Shown here in pieces: positions 46,701 to 56,043 of a DNA stretch of 64,000 nt (the first letter of the stretch is position 1; the number at the start of each line of letters is the position of its first letter). Source of the stretch: a virus (lineage: Duplodnaviria; Caudoviricetes); IMG/VR virus record IMGVR_UViG_3300030372_003981, positions 1,609-65,608 of that record; one strand, written 5' to 3'. The notes beneath the pieces are model-generated. The model was given only the letters and a program-made list of their open reading frames with translations. It was not told where the DNA came from and ran no database searches. The position numbers and the translations under genes were made by a program.

Positions 46701-49700
46701 AAACTTTCTCAAGAAACTGCATCAAAAGTATCAGGGTATACAATTGTAAGAGTTGAAAGAACACCACAACAAAGAACTATTGTTACTAATGGTGTTTTAA
46801 ATAGAGCGGTAAAATATCAAGACCCTGGATTAGCTTGTTTTAATTCTGATGAAGGTGAAGGAGACTTTAGATGGTGGGGTGCAAATAGAGTTGGTATGGA
46901 AGGAAAATTTGGAAATGACCCCATACCATTTTGGACACCCACTATACAGTCTTATAGGTCTAATAGGTATGGTAATAACAGAAAGAGTTATAACTCTTCA
47001 GGTTCAAGTTCCACTCAAGTGCCATCAATTGAATTGTTACAGGCATCAGGAGTTACAAATCCTATTGGTGGTGACCCTGATTGGTCTCACTCAAATATAT
47101 ACACGTTAGATTCTCCTGACGCAATTATAAACGACACCTTCGATTTAAATTTTGCATCTGGAGATAGGTTAAAAATAACAGAATCAAGATATTGTATAAA
47201 AGAAGCTGTACAAAATGGAGGAACAAGTGGAAATCCATGGCAAGCTTTTATGAATCATTATTTAGCGGATGGTACATATCCTGGAAGGTATGGAGATTTT
47301 CTGCCTAATGACAGTCATCGAGATTATCCTAGGCCACCAAGAAGCGTTAGCTTATTTGCTTGTTGTATACAACCTTCTTTATTAGAAGGTGGTGATATAT
47401 ATTATGGAGGAACTAATGTTTCTTTTGGAGGTTATGAGCATACATTTTCTGTGCAAGCATCGCAATCAACAAATTGGGCTAGTGATTGGAGAGTTTTTCA
47501 TCTTAAAATGGGATATGATAACTGGGCCACATGGCAAGGTGACGACGATGCTTATAATGCTTGGCTTGATGTTGATGACCAACCAACACCAAATGACCAG
47601 CGTTGGAACAAAAAGTTTAATTTTGGTATATATACAAAATTTTATTCAAAAAGGATTGGCGCTTATCCTATGTATGGGATGGCTAGGCCAGATTGGAATA
47701 AGTTTTATTTAAACAGTAATCAAGTAGATGGAACTGGAGAGGGTTATAGTATAAATAGTAGAACTATTTGGTATGATAACTTTAAATACACACCACAGTT
47801 TCTTGCTGGTAATGCTTGGGGTGGAAATGACACTTGGTTTAATAATTTAAATTTAGGCACCTCAGGTTTTGACCAAGAAAATGGAGCAAGAGCATGTAAT
47901 ATTCTTCCAGATATTATTGCAAATGGTGGTTTAGATGGGGCAACTAATTTACCTGGAGAAAGATTAGATGTTTATAGTTCAGCTGATTATACTGGCTCAA
48001 GTGGTCACTGGAATGAAAGTAAAATACTTTTTGCAAAGGTGGTTTCTCCTGGAGAAACTGTATCTGAAGCAGATTTAGGCTCAGATAGAGCTTATACAAA
48101 TTCTACTATGTGGCACGATTTTCATGGCTATGGAATTTCTGGTAGCGACAATAGTGGTAAGTTTGCTTTAAACTCAGATAGAACTGGTTCTAATATGCAA
48201 TTAGGTGGAAATACGGGATTAGACACTACCGACAGTGATGATGAGTATGGTACATATACAGAAGAATATGCAGATTTTGCTCAATGCAATAGAACAATTG
48301 TTTTGTCTTTAGGAAACCATGGCATGCTTCCTATAACCAGACATTGTCTTCAAAGAAATAATTGGAGAGAAAGAGTTTTTTGGCAATTTGGTGGAAGTAA
48401 TTTTAGGTGTCCAATAGGCACTATTACTGGCGTAGCAGTAGATGATATGAATTATGCTGGAATACCAGGTGGAGCCACTTCAATGACAGCAGGTAGTAGA
48501 TGGAGTCAATACTCTCCAGAAATGACAATGGCCGCTATAGTTAAACAACAAACTGCTGACACATTATACGGAGGTAGAACTTCAGTCAGTTTTGCTAGAA
48601 ATACTTTTATATCTACAGGGGCATTCCAACCAGTAAACTCACTAGAAGATACCATGACGTATGGGCATGATGGTCTTCATGTTTTTGGTGGTGACACATA
48701 TATATGCAACTTTAGTTTAAAGAAAACCCTAAATCAAGAAACATCAATGGAGTCCACATCTCCCGATTCAAATGTGACATATAATTTTGCTGAAAGAGGT
48801 GTTTTAACAGCGTATACTTGTCCAGTTGAAACAGAAACCAATTTAGACTTAAGACATGGTTATTTCTTTGGCGGGGACACGCAAAATATAGTTAAACAAA
48901 TACCTGATGATTTTGGTGCTTCAGCATATAATAATTCTTATGATTCAGACAACACAATAAGATTGTTTAATCCAAGGCCTACAGATTTTGTTGAAATAGA
49001 CCATTGGCCAACAACAGTTGCGTTTTCTGAAATAAAATTAGCTGGAGATTTTGGAGATGCATTTTCTATATTTCCTCCTAACCAAATAAAAGATTTAGAT
49101 TATAGAAAGGGTCCTATTAATCAATTGTTAAATTTTCAAGACAAACTATTTGCTTTACAAGACTCAGGAACATGCCTTTTAAGTGTTAATCCTAGAGTTT
49201 TGATACCTGCAGGAGAGTCAGGACACATAACAACTGTAACAGGAACTGACAAGGTAATAGAAAGGTTTGATTATGTAAGTGAAAGTTATGGCTCACAACA
49301 TATGCATGGCCTTGCTGTAACTGACAATGGGGCTTATTATTTTGATGCTAATGCTTCTAAGTTTTTAAAATTAGGAAGAACTCAAGGGGGAGGATTTGGA
49401 GTTACATCTTTAGGAGATTCCTTGGGTGTTCAAACTCATTTTCAAAAGTATATGAATACCAAAATTAATGATAATCCATTATTTTCATATAGTGCTGAAA
49501 CTCAGGTTGAGATGGACGCGTATATGAGTGAATTCTATGCATATCAACAGTTAATTTCTCAACAGGCCTCAGGAACAGTAGAGATGCTTAACTATATATT
49601 ATACGGAGGAATATCAATTGGTTATGACCCAGAGTATGGTGAGATTTTGTTAACTATATACCCTGAGGCAACAGATGTATTAAGTGGTGGTGTAAATAAC

Positions 49701-50726
49701 TATAACCCAACAACAATTGTTTATAGCGAACCTTTAAACATGTTTACTTCTTTTGTTTCAAAAAGACCATCAATGTATTTTAATTTTAATAACAGAATGT
49801 ATTCATTATATGATTATGGAGAAAGGGGGAATACAAAAATTTATCTTGCTAATGGATATGCTACTACATCTGCAAGCTCAATGGATGGGGCGTATGAATC
49901 TACTTGGGTAAATGAAAATTATATAGAAAATAATCAGGCAGACCCTGATGAAAATAAATATTTATATTTTGGAGGTTTTGATTATTACATATATGGGCAC
50001 CCTTTAAATTCTGAATATGAATATAATCTTGGAGGTGGTTCTGAAGAAGAAAATGATGAAGATGAATACACATACGAATATTCAAAACCCATCTATACAG
50101 GTGAGTATGGAAACTTGGGTGAAAGAAGTCTTTTAGCAACTCCAGGCCACATATCTATAGAGCCAATACAACTTCATTTCGTTTTAAATGACGAATTACA
50201 TCAAACTAAAATATTTGATAATATAGATATAAATTTTAAGGGAGACACTCAAATAGGAAACAATCATTTATATTTTCGTAGATTTGTATTTTTAGGCTCT
50301 GCTAATACATATGGTATAGACGAGTGGGATGCAAGTGAATATACAAACTTATTAGACGGTCCTGGTGGTAATGTTTTATCCCCAGTATATTCAAATGCTA
50401 AAAATGGATTTGATGCAGACCCAGATAAGAAAATGTGGTATGTTGTAAAAGACGGAACACATCATATTCCTATGAGGTCTACTAAGCAGGGGCAGTTAAT
50501 GGCAAATTATGTTGTAACCAAGCCAGGCATAAATGAAAACGTAACTAGAGGAAACTATGCTGTAGTTGCTATGGTTATGGGATGGGATGAAGGTGTTCAG
50601 TTTTTTGGAGAAAGTACTGGTCAGTTTAAAACAGCGTATAGCAACGTGGATTATTCTGGGAATTTAAAAGATGAAGGTTTTAGTATATTATCAATAGTTC
50701 CATATTATAGATATTCAAGAAGATAA
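43719..50726 (+). CDS. Tail stabilization/muzzle protein (P22 gp10-like), 2335 aa with large insertions
   Basis: NSFLKGM..D.DP...Y.YAKNVRL start; KDNRLFCGN, YRFGILFYD, GGDTYI, KIFDNI motifs. Confidence 0.8.
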   Translation: MRKAGKPNSFLKGMQFDMDPGIQPKDTYRYAKNVRLNSYKGKNVSIHPYDSDRLTLNLNGTTSTQTSGAQEYIIPPISQWSQFQDAISSSDGLDLTFGSFLQWGVDEGYFNISNFIQSPFGDDLPGLPNEDMVEIILFAASTNPDGYPYNGDENNLIGPLSEWLGFFEYLQVGVQAIPTSFIFSELGDSDGVGLTFTTTITTDVNEYVVTTEVPAGVDQETIAGTSYFENLIAQSINDSDNGLLCSVFTVNVFEYTLSTFVIQSLVGVETVEVVTIDATGSLIVQPFLETEGFENLQNDFASAFQVTFAWYAVSILGYAPGSTNTWIECMGYIGQALAGWFVNYIGDINTEEVDSILGGLTTIEIEEQQVFNGAFGAVEVPDGDNYEAFQAPEMQIVGTYAFSDYLVLLGTWINSEEISNTPADFILKTSQKRDGMLVTPANMQEGDIFQMFFMGDLGFSNRKQLKVVGSEESDQIRRLYFTDGDFPLRTINVGADPSIYTPYTNQPTFFDLFVEAKQSQPKITGFSEGGSLDSVAHAYCFRYKTRDGRYSRISPVCNPASLPVTTKNTQAAFTRGANADVNTGKSIQGIIEDVDASFPFLEVIHVPYLNGVPGTAQVINTIAIPNTQGVVDINFVHTGTETIMEEISVMEFQINSVSWDICKALEVKDNRLFCGNLKGGSARIDTDFTVASYNEANLHHSYEGGNPDLFDDLLYSKGGLKFNNDGDSANVYVTDSPLEGGYVKPEGKDLYRYIKGPDEPDGEGEGGSALYNFTHQMHDGIIHYDDVNEPVAWGGKRGVFGAESKYFNTPMDNGEYEGVRVTFRILGANNTPGNAIQLDDSNNLITTGNNKGASAPFYTLNQSAGDGNYYASYANPIYNSNYVGYTRGEIYRFGILFYDKKGSPMFVKRIGDVRMPEHSAEYIVPQYDAQGGIYLTTTEWPYYYQTSRSDLDGGFLDWPGEDFSTSYYKKPYTDGLTAKGEGQYGCVLYPYFEVKLSQETASKVSGYTIVRVERTPQQRTIVTNGVLNRAVKYQDPGLACFNSDEGEGDFRWWGANRVGMEGKFGNDPIPFWTPTIQSYRSNRYGNNRKSYNSSGSSSTQVPSIELLQASGVTNPIGGDPDWSHSNIYTLDSPDAIINDTFDLNFASGDRLKITESRYCIKEAVQNGGTSGNPWQAFMNHYLADGTYPGRYGDFLPNDSHRDYPRPPRSVSLFACCIQPSLLEGGDIYYGGTNVSFGGYEHTFSVQASQSTNWASDWRVFHLKMGYDNWATWQGDDDAYNAWLDVDDQPTPNDQRWNKKFNFGIYTKFYSKRIGAYPMYGMARPDWNKFYLNSNQVDGTGEGYSINSRTIWYDNFKYTPQFLAGNAWGGNDTWFNNLNLGTSGFDQENGARACNILPDIIANGGLDGATNLPGERLDVYSSADYTGSSGHWNESKILFAKVVSPGETVSEADLGSDRAYTNSTMWHDFHGYGISGSDNSGKFALNSDRTGSNMQLGGNTGLDTTDSDDEYGTYTEEYADFAQCNRTIVLSLGNHGMLPITRHCLQRNNWRERVFWQFGGSNFRCPIGTITGVAVDDMNYAGIPGGATSMTAGSRWSQYSPEMTMAAIVKQQTADTLYGGRTSVSFARNTFISTGAFQPVNSLEDTMTYGHDGLHVFGGDTYICNFSLKKTLNQETSMESTSPDSNVTYNFAERGVLTAYTCPVETETNLDLRHGYFFGGDTQNIVKQIPDDFGASAYNNSYDSDNTIRLFNPRPTDFVEIDHWPTTVAFSEIKLAGDFGDAFSIFPPNQIKDLDYRKGPINQLLNFQDKLFALQDSGTCLLSVNPRVLIPAGESGHITTVTGTDKVIERFDYVSESYGSQHMHGLAVTDNGAYYFDANASKFLKLGRTQGGGFGVTSLGDSLGVQTHFQKYMNTKINDNPLFSYSAETQVEMDAYMSEFYAYQQLISQQASGTVEMLNYILYGGISIGYDPEYGEILLTIYPEATDVLSGGVNNYNPTTIVYSEPLNMFTSFVSKRPSMYFNFNNRMYSLYDYGERGNTKIYLANGYATTSASSMDGAYESTWVNENYIENNQADPDENKYLYFGGFDYYIYGHPLNSEYEYNLGGGSEEENDEDEYTYEYSKPIYTGEYGNLGERSLLATPGHISIEPIQLHFVLNDELHQTKIFDNIDINFKGDTQIGNNHLYFRRFVFLGSANTYGIDEWDASEYTNLLDGPGGNVLSPVYSNAKNGFDADPDKKMWYVVKDGTHHIPMRSTKQGQLMANYVVTKPGINENVTRGNYAVVAMVMGWDEGVQFFGESTGQFKTAYSNVDYSGNLKDEGFSILSIVPYYRYSRR

Positions 50727-50728
50727 AG

Positions 50729-52222
50729 ATGAGTAAAATACAGAAATATATAAAAAGCAAAGAGTATGAAAATGGTGGAACCATGTTGCCACAGGTTAAT
50801 TTATCTGACACCTACAGTGGAACTTCATTAGCTCCAATCGAGTATACACCGCCTATAGCACAACCAATAATGTCAATGTCAATGCCCCCAGAAGCAAAGA
50901 CATATACTGCTTTTGGTCAAACTCGTCAAGACATAGGAAACCTGTTTAGAAATAGAGCTCCAGAATTGACTCCAGGCGGTACTTCTGGCGTGGGTGATGC
51001 TGCTATGGCAGTAGCAGCTATTGGAACAGGGTTAGAAACAATGTCAGATGATTTTGACCCAACAACTTTAAATTTTGGAGAAGCTTCAGGTAGTGTATTA
51101 AAGGGTGTTGGTAAAGGCGCGGCTTTAGGGGCAACCTTAGGAACTGTTGTTCCTGGAGTTGGAAATCTTGTTGGAGCAGGAGTTGGAGCTACAGTTGGCG
51201 CTATAACTAATATTATAGGCTCAATAACAGGAAGAAATAAAGCAAGAAAACAAGCACAAAAAGAATATGAAGATGCTATGTATGAATCAAGAGGAACTTT
51301 AGAAAAACAATTTGGTCAAAAGTTTACACAAGAATCTGCAACACGTTCAGAAGAAGCTATTACTGGGCAAATAGCGGCATCTGAAAAATATGGATTCTCC
51401 TACAAAAAGGGAGGTGAAATAAATTCTGAACCATATTTAAAATTTAAATATAAATCTGGTGGACATGGAAGAACACACTCTCCAACAAAAAACCACTCGT
51501 CTAGGCCTGTTGATTTAAAAAAAGAAAAATATGAAGATGGAGGTAGTATTAATTCAATGGAAGGAACTGACTATCAAAAGTTGGGAACTAAACAAGGAAT
51601 TAAACATGGAGTTAAAACAGGTATTAATTCTGGAACAAAGTATATGGCTAGCCGTGCTTTAATAACTGCTGGATTGCAAAAATTTGGAACTAAATTTATT
51701 CCAGGTGTTGGAACCGCGTGGTTAGCTGGTGATGTTGGTTATTACGGAACAGGTTTGCTTGCAAACCAATACGCTAAAGGGCATAGTCAAGTTTATGGAC
51801 CAACATTAGATGATTATGAAAAAAAGTATGGAAAAGACTCTAGAGACAAGTTAGAGGCCACAACACACACCTATGGTGTTTCGGGTCTAGGCACAGGTTT
51901 TAGTGCAAAATTTAATGAAGGAGGAGAAGTTAGTTATGATGTAAATGATTATTTAAATGTAAATTATGAAACGGGAGGAATGACAAAAGGAGAGTTTTCT
52001 CACAAAACAAATCCCCTTACTGTAGTAGATAAAGAGGGAAACGACACAGGTATGGAATTAACAGGTGGCGAGGGTGTATTTGATAAAGGAGCTATGTCAA
52101 AACTTGATAAATACAAAGCAACAAAAAATTATGAAAAAGCTGGTAAGCTTGTTTTCTCGGAAATGAATTCTTGGAAAGATGCAGGAACAGCTAAGTATGG
52201 AACTAGAATAAAATACAAATAA
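50729..52222 (+). CDS. Ejected cargo protein with glycine-zipper membrane segment and repeated [YF]xxGG motifs
   Basis: GAALGATLGTVVPGVGNLVGAGVGA; six [YF]xxGG; C-terminal SHK.NP...ELTGGEG. Confidence 0.65.
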   Translation: MSKIQKYIKSKEYENGGTMLPQVNLSDTYSGTSLAPIEYTPPIAQPIMSMSMPPEAKTYTAFGQTRQDIGNLFRNRAPELTPGGTSGVGDAAMAVAAIGTGLETMSDDFDPTTLNFGEASGSVLKGVGKGAALGATLGTVVPGVGNLVGAGVGATVGAITNIIGSITGRNKARKQAQKEYEDAMYESRGTLEKQFGQKFTQESATRSEEAITGQIAASEKYGFSYKKGGEINSEPYLKFKYKSGGHGRTHSPTKNHSSRPVDLKKEKYEDGGSINSMEGTDYQKLGTKQGIKHGVKTGINSGTKYMASRALITAGLQKFGTKFIPGVGTAWLAGDVGYYGTGLLANQYAKGHSQVYGPTLDDYEKKYGKDSRDKLEATTHTYGVSGLGTGFSAKFNEGGEVSYDVNDYLNVNYETGGMTKGEFSHKTNPLTVVDKEGNDTGMELTGGEGVFDKGAMSKLDKYKATKNYEKAGKLVFSEMNSWKDAGTAKYGTRIKYK

Positions 52223-52223
52223 T

Positions 52224-54194
52224 ATGGCAGCATTAACAGAAGAGGTGTATGGAACAATAGCTGATATTGAAGGCGGTGTTTCTAGCGATAAAAAAGATAT
52301 AGGAAATTATGTTAAACAAGGTAAACATTATGGTAAAAAGTATTTTGTTGGAACTCGGTATGGTGTTACTTTTGATTTTTGGTTAGAGCAAAATTATCCT
52401 GAAGAAGCAAAAGATGTTTTTAAAAGTGGAAATTTAGATAAATTAATAAAACAATTTGAAAACACCATTAAATCTTCTAATGATGCTAAAGATGTTTTTG
52501 AAGAAGCATTTTTTACTAACCCTAAGGGCAATAATATAAGTTTAAAGGGAATAGAAAATCCTGCCACATCTGCATTTGTTTTAGATGCAATGGTAAATCA
52601 AAACTTTTCTTTTAATAATACAGATTCTAATAATATATATGAAGCTATTAAAAAGGCAGGAGGAACTAATACTGGAGATATAGTAAAAGATATTAACAGT
52701 GTAAATCAGGCAGAGTTTAGAAAATCCTTTTTAGATGTAAGAGTAGATAGATATAGTAAGTCTAAAACGTCAAAAGACCACATGAAAGGTTGGATGAAAA
52801 GATTAGATGACCTTAGTGATACTTGGGCAGACAAAGGTGAATCAAGTCTATTAAATCCAGATTTTAATTTTCAAGACAATATACGCGGAAAAGAAGGCAA
52901 ATATAAATATATAAATCAAGAAGCTTTAGAAGATTCTGAAAAAATGAAAACAGTTGTTCCACCTGGAATGGACAAAATGAATATTATTGGCTCTACCCTA
53001 GAAGAAAAGGCAGAGTTAGAAGAGGGTCGTGAAGAAGAAAAAGCAGAATTACTAGAGAGAGATGCTAAAGCTTTAGGGTTAGAGGAATCTATAAACAAGG
53101 GTTTAAATAAGATAGGGTCAGGGCAGTTAAGTCCAGAGTTTGTTAGGGGGGTTCAAGAGGGAACAGAGAATATATATGATGAAGATGTAAAAAATGCATT
53201 TATGGCAATGGACCCTGATAATCCATTAGAAATTTATGAGGGAAAAGAAATCTATACTGACAGTGTTGGTAATTTAACTGTAGTAATGCCAGGTATGGAT
53301 AAAAGTGGATTGCAACCCATAACTCTTGAAGAAGTAAAATCTAAAGTACAAATGGGTCCTGAGCTAGTGGAAGGGGATGACACTTTTGTTTATGATGACC
53401 CATTAAAAGATGATGAAGGTATTGTTGATGAAGATGAAGATGTGACTATACTTAAAGGAGGCGATGGTAGTGAGGATGATAAAAAAGGTGGAACCACTGG
53501 TGAGGATGAAGACAAAAAGCCTTTCCCTTGGTTGACTGTAGCTGGTGGTGCTTTAGCGGCTTTAGCTGCGGCAAAAGGACAGAAACATATAAAAGAAGCA
53601 ATGGTAGATATACCTGTAGAGGAACAAGCTGGTCTTGATTCGGCCTGGAAGGCTTATATGGCAAGAATGAAAGAGGCTTCAGAATCAGGATTATCTGCGC
53701 AAGAAAGAACAGCTGCTATGGATGGTTTGTCAGAGGCTTATAATTTAGGTGTAAAAAATGTTATGAGAGCTTCTGGTGGAAGTAGAGCTTCCTTTTTAGC
53801 TAATGCTGGAGTATTAAATGCTAATAGGGTTAAAGGTTTATTAAAGTTAAATGCCATGGACGCTGCAGCGCAAAGAGACAGCTTAAACCAATATGGCCAA
53901 GCTTTAAAGTATCAGCAAGAGCACGGAAGAATGACTGGTGAATTTGATAGAAGAATGGCTTATAATGAGGAAAAACGAAAATCCGATTTACATGGTCAAT
54001 TGGGAAATACTCTTATGCAAACTGCAATTCAAGAAGTTAGTAGAGGTTTAACTAATCTTTCTAATAAAGGAAACATGGAAGTATATGAAAAAATGTTAGA
54101 TAGCAAATTAACAAATTCTGCTTTAACAAATTTTTATAACACTGAAAAGAGTAACTATACATCTTTAACAGATAATTTAAACGACGAAGATTAA
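52224..54194 (+). CDS. Ejected cargo protein with N-terminal GH108-type lysozyme
   Basis: EGGVSSD..D.GN...GTRYGVT and KGWMKRL; later TM segment FPWLTVAGGALAALAAA. Confidence 0.7.
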   Translation: MAALTEEVYGTIADIEGGVSSDKKDIGNYVKQGKHYGKKYFVGTRYGVTFDFWLEQNYPEEAKDVFKSGNLDKLIKQFENTIKSSNDAKDVFEEAFFTNPKGNNISLKGIENPATSAFVLDAMVNQNFSFNNTDSNNIYEAIKKAGGTNTGDIVKDINSVNQAEFRKSFLDVRVDRYSKSKTSKDHMKGWMKRLDDLSDTWADKGESSLLNPDFNFQDNIRGKEGKYKYINQEALEDSEKMKTVVPPGMDKMNIIGSTLEEKAELEEGREEEKAELLERDAKALGLEESINKGLNKIGSGQLSPEFVRGVQEGTENIYDEDVKNAFMAMDPDNPLEIYEGKEIYTDSVGNLTVVMPGMDKSGLQPITLEEVKSKVQMGPELVEGDDTFVYDDPLKDDEGIVDEDEDVTILKGGDGSEDDKKGGTTGEDEDKKPFPWLTVAGGALAALAAAKGQKHIKEAMVDIPVEEQAGLDSAWKAYMARMKEASESGLSAQERTAAMDGLSEAYNLGVKNVMRASGGSRASFLANAGVLNANRVKGLLKLNAMDAAAQRDSLNQYGQALKYQQEHGRMTGEFDRRMAYNEEKRKSDLHGQLGNTLMQTAIQEVSRGLTNLSNKGNMEVYEKMLDSKLTNSALTNFYNTEKSNYTSLTDNLNDED

Positions 54195-54195
54195 T

Positions 54196-56043
54196 ATGGC
54201 AAATATAATAGGAGGCTGGGCTTCTGCTGCACAAAGAGGCAGACAGGCAGCAAAACAAGAACAACAAAATGACATGAGGATAGCGCAAATGGAAGCGCAA
54301 GAAAAAATGTACAACATGCAAAACTCTGCATTGTACAAGAATAGCCTTGACCTTATTCATGCTCAAAGTAATGAACTTTCTAAGCACTATAGACCTAAAG
54401 ATGCAGAAGATATGCGTAAGGTTGCAATGGATGCAGAAAATGAATTAAAACTAAAATTAGAGGGGTTTGGAGACGACCCTGCAGCTTTTTTGCGAGCAGG
54501 GGGAATACAACACCTAACTGATTATAGAGACGCTATATTAAATAGTGACAAGGCTAGAATAATTAGAGCTAATCATGGGAATCTAAATAAGTATTTAGAC
54601 CTTATGAAAGAAAATCCAAACTTAGTATCTAAAGCGGACATGGAAGGTTTTGAAAAATGGAAAGACTCTACAAATGATGCTTTTATTTTTCATGGACAAT
54701 TAAAAGACTATAAAAGACCAGAAAACATAGAAGGGTTTGAAAGTCTTGGTCACGCTTATTTGTCAGGGGAAAATAGAATGGAGAATTTTAACAATGCTTT
54801 ATATAATTATAATGTAGAGCAAGGAAGAATGAAACAAGGAAGCGCTAATGCAATTCTTGGTTTTAATGATGTTACTGAAGATGAAATAATAAACTTTATT
54901 AACGATTCAGAAAGTCCAATGGTTATGTCTCAAAACTATAAAGACCAATTAAGAGGATATAATGCAACTTCTAAAAAAGCTAGTCAGCAAATATTAAATG
55001 CTAACGAAAATATGAATAGAGGATATACTGGAGATTGGGGTGGCTTTTGGGAAGAGGAAGCAAACCAAAATGCATTATATAACTTAAAACAAAGAACTCA
55101 AATGGGAGACTTTGTGCAAATGAACAAAGGTAATAATGTATATTCTGCTCGTATGTTTAGAGGTAGTGAATCTAAACTTGTTTCTTCTATATTTGGTATG
55201 AGTGAAAAAGATTACAGTGGAACGCTGTCTAGAACTCAAATAAATAATATGTTGAGAAGTGGAGAGATTCAAATGTATGACGGAGACGGAAACTCTTTAA
55301 CAAGAGCAGAAGGTTTTAGTAGCGGTGGATATGGTAAAAGTTTTGATGTAGAAGGAATAAATTATGCATTTGAAGTTCAAACAGATAGAGAAAATAATAA
55401 AAGTAAGCTGTTAACTTATGAAGACATACAAACAGATGGAGAGGGCTCTGAGTTATTTAAAAATAGAGCTAAAGATGGACAAGTTATTATTGCATTAAAG
55501 GATGAAGACTGGTATAATGAAGATGATTATGTATACATAAAGCTAGATATGAGTCAGGGTCTTATGGCAGATAAGTTTGATAAGGCTGTAGGAGAAATGG
55601 ACTTTAGGTCTAAACAAGTTGCAGAAACTACACCTTCTAATCAATTTGCTTACACACCAGGAAAGTCTTTTTCATTTACAGGTAATAATCCACAAAACGC
55701 AATATTATCATTACACAATGGCTTGGATATGTCAATGAAAAAAATAGGAATTAATGAGTATGACCCAATAGCTTATGCTACCGTTATGACACATTCCTTG
55801 AGTAACATGGAAGACGAGGTTTCTCCCGAAAATTTTGTAAATTTGCTTACAACAAATAACAACCCTGTGATGGTAGAAGCTAGAAATAAAATAAAAGAAG
55901 GGGATGTTGATGGATATATTAGTACATTTATAGAAAATGGGGCAATGTCAGAAAGTGAAGGTAAAAAGCTTAGAAAAGATATACAAGCAATATTAAGGGG
56001 ATATACTGTTGTTGGTGAAATGTTTGAAAATAAAAAATCATAA
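54196..56043 (+). CDS. Ejected cargo protein
   Basis: 615 aa, Q/A-rich helical N-terminus; directly precedes the vRNAP gene. Confidence 0.55.
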   Translation: MANIIGGWASAAQRGRQAAKQEQQNDMRIAQMEAQEKMYNMQNSALYKNSLDLIHAQSNELSKHYRPKDAEDMRKVAMDAENELKLKLEGFGDDPAAFLRAGGIQHLTDYRDAILNSDKARIIRANHGNLNKYLDLMKENPNLVSKADMEGFEKWKDSTNDAFIFHGQLKDYKRPENIEGFESLGHAYLSGENRMENFNNALYNYNVEQGRMKQGSANAILGFNDVTEDEIINFINDSESPMVMSQNYKDQLRGYNATSKKASQQILNANENMNRGYTGDWGGFWEEEANQNALYNLKQRTQMGDFVQMNKGNNVYSARMFRGSESKLVSSIFGMSEKDYSGTLSRTQINNMLRSGEIQMYDGDGNSLTRAEGFSSGGYGKSFDVEGINYAFEVQTDRENNKSKLLTYEDIQTDGEGSELFKNRAKDGQVIIALKDEDWYNEDDYVYIKLDMSQGLMADKFDKAVGEMDFRSKQVAETTPSNQFAYTPGKSFSFTGNNPQNAILSLHNGLDMSMKKIGINEYDPIAYATVMTHSLSNMEDEVSPENFVNLLTTNNNPVMVEARNKIKEGDVDGYISTFIENGAMSESEGKKLRKDIQAILRGYTVVGEMFENKKS

